DNA from: Candidatus Omnitrophota bacterium
Lineage (GTDB): Bacteria; Omnitrophota; Gorgyraeia; Zapsychrales; Fredricksoniimonadaceae
NCBI GenBank assembly: GCA_037131245.1
Contig: JBAXRK010000011.1
Location: 16,699-80,698, forward strand
DNA: 64,000 nucleotides
Reading direction: 5' to 3'
Shown in pieces: positions 10,035 through 19,063 of this stretch (position 1 is its first letter; the number at the start of each line of letters is the position of its first letter). Made by a program: the position numbers and the translations under genes. The notes beneath the pieces are model-generated. The model was not told the DNA's origin, searched no databases, and saw nothing but the letters and a program-made list of their open reading frames with translations.

Positions 10035-12052
10035 ACAACTCCCTTGAGCTCTTCGCTCTCTTCTTCCAACTTGAATTCCGAGATCGCCGCCTTGAGCTCC
10101 AGCGAAAGCTCGGCCAATGCCAGCGCGGATTGCGCCGCCTCTTTGGTGGACGCCGCGAACTGACGCGTCACGTCATTAATGCTCTGCATCGCCTGCACCG
10201 TCTGATCGGAGGCCGTGCGCTGCTGTAAAGTGGCAATGGATATTTCCTTGGCCGCCCCCGCCGTGTCGCGGATGAGGTCAACGCCTTTGGCCACCCACTT
10301 GAGCGAATCCTCAATACCCATGACCGTCGAATTGGTTTCGGCCTGGATCTCCAGGATGAGCTGGCGGATCTCCTCGGTGGATTCCGACGAACGCTCGGCC
10401 AGCTTGCGCACTTCCTGCGCCACCACCGCGAAACCACGGCCCGCGTCGCCGGCGCGCGCCGCTTCGATCGCCGCGTTAAGCGCCAGCATGTTCGTCTGCC
10501 CCGCGATATCGTCGATCAACTGGGTGATATTGCCGATTGACTGCGATTTCTCCGCGAGCAGCATGATCTGCTTGGCGGTCTTGTCCACGCGCGTGCTGAC
10601 TTCCTGCATGCCCGCCATGGCCCGTTCCGCGGCCGCGGCCACATTGCCGGCATTCTGCGCGATCTGGGAGGCTGTCATCGCCAGCTCTTTGGCTGTCACC
10701 GACGCTTCATTGACCGCCGACGCCTGCGCGGCGGCGCCCGCGGACTGCGCCTGCGTCGCCTCGCTGATATGCCCCGCCGATAAATTGATCCCGAAACTGG
10801 CATTGCGGATCTGGAAGATCATCCGCCGCAAATTGCCGATCAGGTCATTATACGCGCTCGAAAGCTGACTGAGCTCGTTGTGGCCGTGATCATGAGCGAT
10901 CGATTGGGTCAGGTCGCCTTTGGCGATAACGTTGATATTCCGGGCCAGCGCCTTGAGCGGACGAGTGATCACCAGCATTACCAGGAAGCCGGCCGCCAAA
11001 GCCAGCAGGCAGACGACAAGCGACATCCATTCAATGCGTTTAAGCCCGTCCGTAAAATCGCCCTGATAAGCGCTCGCCGCGATGGTCCACTTCAGAGCCG
11101 GAAAATACGTATAGCCGGCGGCTTTCACCTGGATATCCGCCTCACCGGGATTTTTCCACGGATAGGCGATGATCGCGGCCTTACCCGGGCCCATCAGCGT
11201 GGCATTGCCGACCATCTGCTGAATAAAATGATCGCCCCGCTCATCCCTGGCTTCCCAAAGGTTCTCCCCGTCGCGCTGGCGCTGGAACGACAGGACATAT
11301 TCCCCGGTCTCGCTCAGGATAAAAACATACCCTTTTTTCCCGACGACGATCCGGGAAAGGGCATCGAACAGGGGCGCAAAGACCTCTTTCTGGTCGACGC
11401 CGACAAAAAGCGCGCCCACCACCTTGCCGTCCTTGTCCTTTAACGGTTCATAGGCGGTCATGAACTTCCGGCCCATCACCAGGGCGTCGCCGAAATAGTT
11501 CCGGCCTGTCGTGACCGCCTGATAGACCGGGGAATCCGACGGAATATAAGTATTGACCGCTCTTTCGCCTTTATCAGTCATCACATTCGTGGCGATGCGC
11601 AGCATCCCGCCCGGGATCAACTGGAACACGGTCGAAGCGCCCCCGGACATTCCCTTGACCCGGTCAACGGCTTCGTACTGAGCGGCAACCTTCTCGCCGC
11701 CGATCTTCAGCGCCGGCAGGGACACATCCCGGCGCAAGCGGGTGACCTGGTCGATCGCGGTGACCGTGGCCGTGTCGGACTCATCCACGCTCACCTCGCG
11801 CCCGGCAATCACCACGGCGTCGGCGATATGCAGGTCCGACCTTAACTTGCCGATCACCAGTTCGTAATAAGCCGAAACGCTTTCCGCCAGGATCAGGGAC
11901 TGTTTGCCCAGCCTTTCGCCGATATCGGCATTCACCTGCCCCTTGATAACGTGGTAGCTGAGGCCCGACAAGGTAATGATCGGGGCCATAACCAGCAGGA
12001 ATCCTGCCGACAGCAATTGCGTCCTGATACTGATATTCTTCAGCTTGACCAA
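10031..12052 (-). CDS. Methyl-accepting chemotaxis protein with a large Cache-type periplasmic domain
   Basis: 673 aa with a TTG start at 12052. The ~300-aa periplasmic region ([53 protein letters not shown]) looks like Cache_3-Cache_2/dCache. HAMP and an MCP signalling domain follow. Confidence 0.8.
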   Translation of the reverse strand: MVKLKNISIRTQLLSAGFLLVMAPIITLSGLSYHVIKGQVNADIGERLGKQSLILAESVSAYYELVIGKLRSDLHIADAVVIAGREVSVDESDTATVTAIDQVTRLRRDVSLPALKIGGEKVAAQYEAVDRVKGMSGGASTVFQLIPGGMLRIATNVMTDKGERAVNTYIPSDSPVYQAVTTGRNYFGDALVMGRKFMTAYEPLKDKDGKVVGALFVGVDQKEVFAPLFDALSRIVVGKKGYVFILSETGEYVLSFQRQRDGENLWEARDERGDHFIQQMVGNATLMGPGKAAIIAYPWKNPGEADIQVKAAGYTYFPALKWTIAASAYQGDFTDGLKRIEWMSLVVCLLALAAGFLVMLVITRPLKALARNINVIAKGDLTQSIAHDHGHNELSQLSSAYNDLIGNLRRMIFQIRNASFGINLSAGHISEATQAQSAGAAAQASAVNEASVTAKELAMTASQIAQNAGNVAAAAERAMAGMQEVSTRVDKTAKQIMLLAEKSQSIGNITQLIDDIAGQTNMLALNAAIEAARAGDAGRGFAVVAQEVRKLAERSSESTEEIRQLILEIQAETNSTVMGIEDSLKWVAKGVDLIRDTAGAAKEISIATLQQRTASDQTVQAMQSINDVTRQFAASTKEAAQSALALAELSLELKAAISEFKLEEESEELKGVV
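10067..10759 (-). repeat. MCP signalling-module paralogous repeat, copy 3 of 4
   Basis: Same 231-codon block; see copy 1. Confidence 0.8.
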
Positions 12053-12056
12053 ATCC

Positions 12057-13628
12057 CTACCCCTTTTTCTCTTCGTCGAGCTTGAACCCGCCGATCGCCG
12101 TTTTCAATTTTTGCGATAGGTCGCTGAGCGCGGCAGCCGCCACCGCCGCCTGCTTGGTGGAGACCGCGAACTGCTTGGTCACCGTATTGATGTTCTGCAT
12201 CGCCTGCACCGTCTGATCGGAGGCCGTGCGCTGCTGCTGGGTGGCGATCGAAATTTCTTTCGCCGACATGGCCGTTTCGCGGATCATCTCGACCCCTTTG
12301 GCCACCCACTGGAGCGAATCCTCAATGCCCATGACCGTGGCCTTGGTCTCGGCCTGGATCTCGCCGATGAGCTGGCGGATCTCTTCCGTGGAATTCGATG
12401 AGCGCTCCGCCAGCTTGCGCACTTCCTGCGCCACCACCGCGAAACCGCGCCCGGCATCCCCCGCCCGCGCCGCTTCAATGGCGGCGTTGAGCGCCAGCAA
12501 ATTCGTTTGTTCGGCAATATCGTCAATAAGGGCGGTAATATTGCCGATCGCCTTCGACTTGTCGCCCAGCGCCATGATCTTCTTGGCGGTCGCGTCCACT
12601 TTGGCATTGACCTCCATCATCCCCTCCACCGTCCGCTCAGCCGTATGCGCCACATTCTCGGCGTTCTGCGCGATCTGGAAAGCGGTCGCCGCCAGCTCCT
12701 TGACGGTCGTGGACGCTTCGTTCACCGCGGAAGCCTGCTCGGTCGCGCCGGACGCCTGTTCATTGGTGGACGCGCTGATCTGGCGCGCGGAGGACGCTAT
12801 TTCCATCCCCGCCCAGTGGATCTGGACAATGATCCCCTTCAAGCCGCCCAGCAATTTATTGAACGCGATCGCCAGGTCACCCACCTCATCATCACTGACC
12901 ACCGGGACCGACGCATTAAGGTTCCCGGCCGAACCAGCCAGCTCATTGGTCTTGTCCACCACCGCCCGGACCGACTTCACCACACCGCCGGTCACAAGAA
13001 AGATAACGCCCAGGCCCGCGCCGAAAGCACCCAGCAGGACCAGCACGGCCGACGAATCAAGCCTCACCTGCTCGGATTCATTCTGCGCCAGCAGGATCTT
13101 GGTATTGTTCAAATTGTTAGAAATAATAACGTCAAGCGTACCGACGAGCGAACGGTCCTTGCCTTTAAGAAGCGCATCCGCCCCTTTGGCGTTCCCCTGA
13201 GGATCGGATAAATAAATTTTGATCCCCTCCTCATAATCTTTGGCCAGCTGAGCGTGCAAACCTTCGAACTTAAGCAATTGCTTCTGGTTTTCCTCGCTTC
13301 TTAATTTGTATTGACTGGCCTGAAGCTCTTCGACCGCGGCCTTTACCTTAAGGTCATACTTCTCCAGCTCCTCTTTACTGACTTTTAGCTCTTCCGGGTC
13401 CGTTCCCCGGATCAGAATATTCTTCCACGCCCGGTGTTGCGCGCTAAAATCATTCTCCAGGTCGGAAATGATCTTGACCTGTTCGAGCCGACGTTGGGCG
13501 ATGTCCTGCAAATGATCAAACATCAAATGATAAGTAAATACGATATAAACCCCGAACCCGGCCGCCAGCAGAAAAGACCCGCCGACACCCAAGCCCAATT
13601 TTCTTCCCAGCGTCATCCTCATCTTCAT
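12057..13628 (-). CDS. Methyl-accepting chemotaxis protein with a helical (4HB-like) periplasmic domain
   Basis: 523 aa. TM, ~160-aa helical periplasmic region, TM, HAMP, then an MCP signalling domain that is near-identical to the other three MCPs. Confidence 0.8.
   Translation of the reverse strand: MKMRMTLGRKLGLGVGGSFLLAAGFGVYIVFTYHLMFDHLQDIAQRRLEQVKIISDLENDFSAQHRAWKNILIRGTDPEELKVSKEELEKYDLKVKAAVEELQASQYKLRSEENQKQLLKFEGLHAQLAKDYEEGIKIYLSDPQGNAKGADALLKGKDRSLVGTLDVIISNNLNNTKILLAQNESEQVRLDSSAVLVLLGAFGAGLGVIFLVTGGVVKSVRAVVDKTNELAGSAGNLNASVPVVSDDEVGDLAIAFNKLLGGLKGIIVQIHWAGMEIASSARQISASTNEQASGATEQASAVNEASTTVKELAATAFQIAQNAENVAHTAERTVEGMMEVNAKVDATAKKIMALGDKSKAIGNITALIDDIAEQTNLLALNAAIEAARAGDAGRGFAVVAQEVRKLAERSSNSTEEIRQLIGEIQAETKATVMGIEDSLQWVAKGVEMIRETAMSAKEISIATQQQRTASDQTVQAMQNINTVTKQFAVSTKQAAVAAAALSDLSQKLKTAIGGFKLDEEKKG
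12078..12770 (-). repeat. MCP signalling-module paralogous repeat, copy 4 of 4
   Basis: Same 231-codon block; see copy 1. Confidence 0.8.
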
Positions 13629-14140
13629 ACACTGCCCCCCTCGCGCGTCTCTCCCCCGATACGAAAGATCTTCTCGACCTTAAGGATGCCGATAAATTTG
13701 CGCCCCACATGCACCGCGCCCGTCAGGTATTCCGCTTTCTCGGGCGCGATGGTCGCCAGCGCCGGTGAAATGCCGGAAACCGGCACCTCCTGCGGTTCGG
13801 TCACTTCGTCGACCAAGAGCGCGGTTTCAAAGTTCCCGAAGCTCACCACCACCAGGCGCGAATGCTCGGTGAGTTCCTCCGGCGGCAGGCCGAACACCTT
13901 CTTGAGGTCCGTCACCGACAGGATATTGCCCCTTAAATTGAAAATGCCGGCGATATGCTCCGGGCTCGACGGCAAGTAAAAAAGCTTCTCGAAATTGACC
14001 ACCTCGCGGACCTCGGTGATCTCGACCCCGTACCATTCATTGGCCAACCGGAAAACCACCAGGTTGCGCGTATTCTCGTGGGCCTCTTTTTTGCCATAAA
14101 AATCTTCTTCGTAAAGCGTCAGATCCCGGGCTTCTTCCAT
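13625..14140 (-). CDS. cheW: Chemotaxis coupling protein CheW (second copy)
   Basis: ORF 13625..14179, trimmed to ATG 14140 ([12 protein letters not shown]...) which has AGGAGG upstream. CheW-like domain ([22 protein letters not shown]...[13 protein letters not shown]). 1-nt overlap (TGATG) with the upstream receiver gene. Confidence 0.85.
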   Translation of the reverse strand: MEEARDLTLYEEDFYGKKEAHENTRNLVVFRLANEWYGVEITEVREVVNFEKLFYLPSSPEHIAGIFNLRGNILSVTDLKKVFGLPPEELTEHSRLVVVSFGNFETALLVDEVTEPQEVPVSGISPALATIAPEKAEYLTGAVHVGRKFIGILKVEKIFRIGGETREGGSV

Positions 14141-14511
14141 CAGAACCCTCCTCCTAAAATTTGCCGCAGCGTCACACACAGATCTTCAACGTCAACGGCG
14201 ATATCCAGAAAGCCCTGCGCGCCCGTCTGAGCGATGACCCGGTCGAGGGAATCCTTGTCGAGCGATGAAATGTAGTACACCGGTGTTTTGGCGGTGCGGG
14301 GATCGGCTTTCACCGTCCGGCAGATCACGTCCCCGTTGACATCCGGCAGATTATAATCAAGCAGCAGGATATTGTAGTCACCGGTAGCCGCTTTGGTGAT
14401 GCCCTCTTGCCCGGTCTCGACGGTATCAACGCTGAAACCGCCGGCCTCCAGGCCGCGCTTAAGCATTTTATTGATGATCGGCGTATCGTTAACGATCAGG
14501 ATCCTGTTCAC
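14140..14511 (-). CDS. Single-domain response-regulator receiver (CheY-like, atypical)
   Basis: 123 aa with a GTG start (GTGA overlap with the HK-like stop). The phospho-acceptor context LLLDYNLPDVNG is present. The acidic pair reads ND and the position of the conserved Lys reads Ile (GFLDIAV), by eye alignment to CheY. Confidence 0.75.
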   Translation of the reverse strand: MNRILIVNDTPIINKMLKRGLEAGGFSVDTVETGQEGITKAATGDYNILLLDYNLPDVNGDVICRTVKADPRTAKTPVYYISSLDKDSLDRVIAQTGAQGFLDIAVDVEDLCVTLRQILGGGF

Positions 14512-15257
14512 GCGGCTACCTCCTTAATGACGGCCGGGAAGATCGCTTTGAACGAACTGCCCGCTTCAGCCGTATTCTGCAACTCCAGCCGCCCATTCTG
14601 GGCTTCGATCACTTTCTGGCAAGCCGTCAGGCGGAAGCTTTCCCCCGCGCCCGGCACATTGGCCGTGATCTCCAAAATGGACTCCCGGCCTTCGGCACCG
14701 GCGTAGGTCTTAAGGATGATCTGCTTCGGCCCTTTTTCCAGGCGCTCCACGATACGGCGGGCCTGGTCGAGCAGGCTGAGGACCGTCTGTTCGAGACGAA
14801 TCCCGTCGGCCATAATAAAAGGAAGGCCGGCCGCGAAATCCTCCTTGAGCTCGATCTTGTGATTTTTATACTGCTGGCCCACAAATTGCAAGGCGCTTTG
14901 TACGATCGCGTTAAGGTCCTCGCGCTCCAGGGGAGCTCCCTGCTTAGGTCGGGAGAGCACGCGCATGTGGTTGATGACCTCCGAGAGCTTGTTCATCTGG
15001 GTGACGATCTCGGGCAGGTCTTTCGCCGCGTCCTCGGCGTTGAAGCGGCCTTTCTTGATATCATGCAGGATCCCCTGGCAGATGATCTTGGTAACGTTAA
15101 GCGGCTGATTAAGCTCATGGGCGATGGCCGACGTCATTTCCGCCAGCAGGGCCATGTTCTCAAGTTCAATAAGCCGGTCGGTCACCCGGATAAGATCGGC
15201 CCTTGTCCTGGCCAGCGCGGCACTGACTTCTTGCAATGAAATATCACCGGATGCCAT
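14508..15257 (-). CDS. Sensor-less histidine-kinase-like protein (HisKA intact, ATP-binding motifs degenerate)
   Basis: 249 aa with no TM or sensor domain. The H-box AIAHELNQPL is intact. The N-box position reads SLLDQA, the G1 position reads TANVPGAG, and no GxGLGL G2 box is visible. Confidence 0.7.
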   Translation of the reverse strand: MASGDISLQEVSAALARTRADLIRVTDRLIELENMALLAEMTSAIAHELNQPLNVTKIICQGILHDIKKGRFNAEDAAKDLPEIVTQMNKLSEVINHMRVLSRPKQGAPLEREDLNAIVQSALQFVGQQYKNHKIELKEDFAAGLPFIMADGIRLEQTVLSLLDQARRIVERLEKGPKQIILKTYAGAEGRESILEITANVPGAGESFRLTACQKVIEAQNGRLELQNTAEAGSSFKAIFPAVIKEVAA

Positions 15258-15465
15258 TTAGATTGTCCTCAAAAAAGTTTGATTTATGGAAAAAATGGGG
15301 GGGGAAGAAAGAAAAGAATCCAGCGTTAAGGAACAGAAGGTCATTATCGTTCACTTTCATGCTTGTTCTTTAAAACTATATATTAAAGGTATTTATGAGT
15401 GATTACTTTATAGGAAAAGGGGCGGTTATTCAAGTAAATATTTCCGGGAATGAGGAAAAAAGAGG
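15258..15465 (-). promoter_or_regulatory. AT-rich upstream region / 5' leader of the chemosensory operon
   Basis: Part of the largest non-coding gap in the window (246 bp). GAGGA lies 8 nt upstream of ATG 15257. It contains a G8 (C8 on the coding strand) tract at 15297..15304. I found no confident -35/-10 pair. Confidence 0.35.
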
Positions 15466-15500
15466 AAAAAAAAGGGGGGCAGGATGGCCCACCCCCTGCT
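15466..15500 (-). terminator. Putative intrinsic terminator after the peroxiredoxin gene
   Basis: The minus strand just after the stop (15504) reads AGCAGGGGGTGGGCCATCCTGCCCCCCTTTTTTTT. This is a GC-rich stem (GCAGG/CCTGC or G5/C5) followed by T8. Confidence 0.55.
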
Positions 15501-15503
15501 TGA

Positions 15504-16088
15504 TCACTTGCCGAAAAACTCTTCCAGGCCCTTCTGATTGGCCTTCATGGACTTCTCGCCCTGCTTCCAGTTAGCCGGGCAAACTTCACCATGCGCCTCG
15601 AAATACTGCAGCGCGTCAACCATGCGCAGGGCTTCATCGACGCTGCGGCCAAGCGGCAGGTCATTAACGACCTGATGGCGCACCACACCCTGCTTGTCGA
15701 TGAGGAACAAGCCGCGATAGGCGATACCCCGGCCCTCAACGAGCACGTCGTAATCGCGGGCAATGGTCTTGTTAAGATCGGAGACGATCGGATAATTAAC
15801 GCCTTCAATACCGCCCTTGGCCTTGGGCGTACGCAACCAGGCCAGGTGGCTGAACGCGGAATCCACGCTCACGCCGACCACTTCCACCCCGCGCTTCTTG
15901 AAATCCTCCAACCGGTCCGAAAAAGCGTGCAGCTCGGTGGGGCACACGAACGTGAAATCCAGCGGATAAAAGAACAGCACCACGTGCTTGCCCTTTAATG
16001 AGGAAAGCTTGAACCCATCGATCACCTTGTCCTGCTGCACCGCGGCGGCGGTGAAATCCGGCGCCTGTTTTCCTACGAGTACTGACAT
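15504..16088 (-). CDS. Typical 2-Cys peroxiredoxin (AhpC/Prx1 family)
   Basis: 194 aa. Peroxidatic motif FTFVCPTE and resolving Cys in GEVCPANW. GGAGG-type RBS upstream. Confidence 0.9.
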   Translation of the reverse strand: MSVLVGKQAPDFTAAAVQQDKVIDGFKLSSLKGKHVVLFFYPLDFTFVCPTELHAFSDRLEDFKKRGVEVVGVSVDSAFSHLAWLRTPKAKGGIEGVNYPIVSDLNKTIARDYDVLVEGRGIAYRGLFLIDKQGVVRHQVVNDLPLGRSVDEALRMVDALQYFEAHGEVCPANWKQGEKSMKANQKGLEEFFGK

Positions 16089-16195
16089 ATTCTTCCTCCG
16101 AATGTTTAAATGTGTGGAGCGATCCCTTCGCCCATTAATGCCTGTTGGTCGATGAACCCCTTGCCTGATTACAAGAATTTGATTATCATGAGCCC

Positions 16196-19063
16196 ATGGT
16201 CAAAAAAATACTGCTCACGCTCGCTATCCTCGCCGTGCTCATCAGCGCGGGGCTCTACTATGTGAACAAGGTGCTCTTGCCGGTCCAGGTCCGGGGGATG
16301 ATCCTCAAAGCCGCCGGAGACGCCCTGGGCCGTAAGGTTACCTTCGACACCCTGCAATACAGCATGCTGCGCGGCTTTATCATCAATGATATCACGGTCT
16401 ACAGCAAAGAGAACCCCGATGAAGTTTTCATCCATTGCGACAATGCATCGGCCCAGGTCCTCTTCCCGGCCCTGCTCCAAAAAAAGATCATCCTGCCTTC
16501 GGTTCGGATCGACAACCTGGCCGTGCGCGTGGTGCGCCTTAATGCCAATGCCTGGAATTTTTCCGACCTGATAGCGCCCAAGCCCGCGGTTCCCGGCGCG
16601 GCGCCGGCAACACCCGCGGCAGCGGCCGATAAACCCATGGACATCGTCATCAGCGGGCTTTCGGTCAATAATGCCCGCGTGAAACTTGTTGACCTGGTCG
16701 GCGACGACGCCTTCGTGGAAATGATCGAGCCGGTCAATATCCGCGGGTCCCTGGACCTGTCGGGCAGTGTTCACTTGACCGGTGACATCAAGATCCCTTC
16801 CACAAAAGGGGCTATCACATTTAACGTTCATGCCGGTTTAAAAAAGATCAACGTCAAAGCTGAAGTCGGCCTGGAAAATATCATTACCGAAAAATACCTG
16901 CGCTTCGCCCCGGAAGGCATCGCTATTCCGGTGAAGAGCCTTACCGTCGCAAAAACCAACGCTACTGTATTCTATGAACCGGACAATATCTCGGTCTCAG
17001 GCAGCGCTGTGCTTAGTAACATTAACGCCGAACCGGCCCCGGGCCTGAAAGCCCGCGGCACGCTGACGCTCGACAAAATTTCCCTGACGGTCAAAAAAGA
17101 CGCCATCGACTTCCAGGGCGCGGCCGGCCTGCAGGATGCCGCCCTCGAACTTGCCGACGGGCAGAAGGTCCAGGCCGATATCACCCTCACCCAGTTCAAC
17201 GCGGTCAAGACTGGAGCGGACATGTCGGCCAAGGCGGATATCGCGGTCAAAAATGTCATCGCGCAGATGTCCGGCGGCATATCCGTCAAATCAGCGCTGA
17301 GCGCCCCCGCTACGGCTCTTACCTTAAAACAAGGCACGCTGGAAGTGACAGCTCACCCGACGTTCAGCCTGCTGAGCGCCGCCTTGCCCCAGGGCATGAG
17401 CTTCACCGGAACGCCCGCGCTGGGCATTCATGCCATGCTCCCGCCCGCCGGGCAGGGCAACCTCAGCTACGACGGGACCATTCAGCTTAAAGATGGCGCC
17501 TTCAAAGGCCTGCCGACCATCGGCGATATTAGCGACATCCGCGGCACCATCGCTCTCGTGACCGACAAAGCCACGCTGAGCGATCTTTCTTTTTCTGCCC
17601 TGGGAACCCCGGTGGCGGTCAGCGGCGCGGTCGATCATTTTGCCGATCCGATCCTGAATATTCAGGCCGAAGCGACTGGCATAGACCTGGCGATCATTGA
17701 AAAAGTCGTGCCCCAGATCATGAAAGACAATGCCCTTTCCATCACCGGCAAGGCCGACATTGTCGCCAGCGCCTCCGGACCGGTCAAGACCATCCAGAAT
17801 AAAGGCCTCAAAGCCACCATCAGCCTGAAAGAGGCCAATGTCAGCAGCGACAAGCTCAAGCAGGCACTGAAAAATATCAACGGCACGCTCACCTACGCGC
17901 CCCCGAAACTCGCCTGGAAAAACCTGTCCGGTGAATTCCAGGACAAAACTTATACCCTCGACGGCTTCATGGAAGACTTCGAAACCCCGCTCATCGCGAC
18001 CAGCCTCAAGGCCGAGAACATGAGCGTGGACGCCCAGGTGAAAAAGAAAAATGATGTCCTGAACATCGAATCTTTCCATGGCACCTGGTTCGATTCATCG
18101 GTGAGCGCGACCGGCAAAATCTTCCTGCCGGCCGGCAAAGCTCCTACCGTCGATATCACAGCGACCGGCAAAACGTCGCTGCGCGATATCCCCAAGATCA
18201 TGCCTAACCTGGCCAAGCAAGTGGAGCCGCTCAAACTCGCCGGGGTCCTCAAGATCAACGCCCATGTTAAAGGCAACCCGGCCGATTGGCAGCACCTGGA
18301 ATCTACCATCACTATTGGAAGTGATGTGCTTAACGTCATGGGCTACGAAGCTGACACTATTACCATTGACGCTACCCAGAAAGACGGCGAACTGCGGCCG
18401 CTGGAGATCAAGGCGAAGGTTTACGACGGCGACCTGGGCGTGATCGGGAGTGTGGACCTGGTAAAGCCGGGCTTTCCTTTTGACGCCACTTACAAACTTG
18501 ACGGCACCAACCTGGAAAAGCTCAAGCGCGATACGCCGCTTAAGAACCAGCAGCTGTCGGGCGCTTTATCGGTGGAAGGCGACATGAAAGGCACGCCCAG
18601 CGACCTGCGCAGCCTGGCCGGCAAAGCCATTGTTCAGATCAAGGACGGGTACCTGTGGGACATTGAAATGCTCTCCAAAGTGCTCAGCATCCTCTCGTCA
18701 TCGTTCCAGGGCGGGAGCATTGTTATTCGCGACGCCAATGCAACATTCAATGTAAGCGGCGGTAAAGTGGAAACCAATAACCTGACCCTTTCCAGCCAGA
18801 CGGTATCGCTCATCGGCGAAGGCTGGGTGGATATGCTCGACCAAAGCGTGGACCTTAATATCACGCCCCGGCTGGAAACGCCGCAAACACCCGGCGGCGG
18901 CACCGACCTGATGGCCCTCATTAATCCCACCCAGGGGTTGGTCAACATTCACGTGACAGGCACGCTCACCAAGCCCAAGATCGACCACAATATCACGGCA
19001 CCGACGGTCATCAAGAAAACGCTGCAGAATACGGTAGGCGGATTATTAAAGCTGTTTGAATAG
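16196..19063 (+). CDS. AsmA/TamB-like large envelope protein
   Basis: 955 aa. N-terminal membrane anchor (ILLTLAILAVLISAGLYYV) followed by a long beta-rich, repeat-like region. The AsmA-like N-terminus (LLPVQVRGMILKAAGDALGRKVTFDTLQYSMLRGFIINDITV) and the C-terminal part fit the family. Confidence 0.6.
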   Translation: MVKKILLTLAILAVLISAGLYYVNKVLLPVQVRGMILKAAGDALGRKVTFDTLQYSMLRGFIINDITVYSKENPDEVFIHCDNASAQVLFPALLQKKIILPSVRIDNLAVRVVRLNANAWNFSDLIAPKPAVPGAAPATPAAAADKPMDIVISGLSVNNARVKLVDLVGDDAFVEMIEPVNIRGSLDLSGSVHLTGDIKIPSTKGAITFNVHAGLKKINVKAEVGLENIITEKYLRFAPEGIAIPVKSLTVAKTNATVFYEPDNISVSGSAVLSNINAEPAPGLKARGTLTLDKISLTVKKDAIDFQGAAGLQDAALELADGQKVQADITLTQFNAVKTGADMSAKADIAVKNVIAQMSGGISVKSALSAPATALTLKQGTLEVTAHPTFSLLSAALPQGMSFTGTPALGIHAMLPPAGQGNLSYDGTIQLKDGAFKGLPTIGDISDIRGTIALVTDKATLSDLSFSALGTPVAVSGAVDHFADPILNIQAEATGIDLAIIEKVVPQIMKDNALSITGKADIVASASGPVKTIQNKGLKATISLKEANVSSDKLKQALKNINGTLTYAPPKLAWKNLSGEFQDKTYTLDGFMEDFETPLIATSLKAENMSVDAQVKKKNDVLNIESFHGTWFDSSVSATGKIFLPAGKAPTVDITATGKTSLRDIPKIMPNLAKQVEPLKLAGVLKINAHVKGNPADWQHLESTITIGSDVLNVMGYEADTITIDATQKDGELRPLEIKAKVYDGDLGVIGSVDLVKPGFPFDATYKLDGTNLEKLKRDTPLKNQQLSGALSVEGDMKGTPSDLRSLAGKAIVQIKDGYLWDIEMLSKVLSILSSSFQGGSIVIRDANATFNVSGGKVETNNLTLSSQTVSLIGEGWVDMLDQSVDLNITPRLETPQTPGGGTDLMALINPTQGLVNIHVTGTLTKPKIDHNITAPTVIKKTLQNTVGGLLKLFE

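Noticed and set aside
16089-16195. Divergent promoter pair between the peroxiredoxin and AsmA-like genes, and similarly at 61443..61493.
   Set aside because: Only weak hexamer matches are present (e.g. TACAAT at 61474..61479), with no convincing -35 partners. I did not list them as features.
19046-19063. 18-nt convergent overlap between the AsmA-like gene and the 914-aa gene as a possible regulatory or antisense feature.
   Set aside because: Short convergent 3' overlaps are common in compact genomes. There is no hairpin or conserved element here, so nothing beyond compaction is supported.
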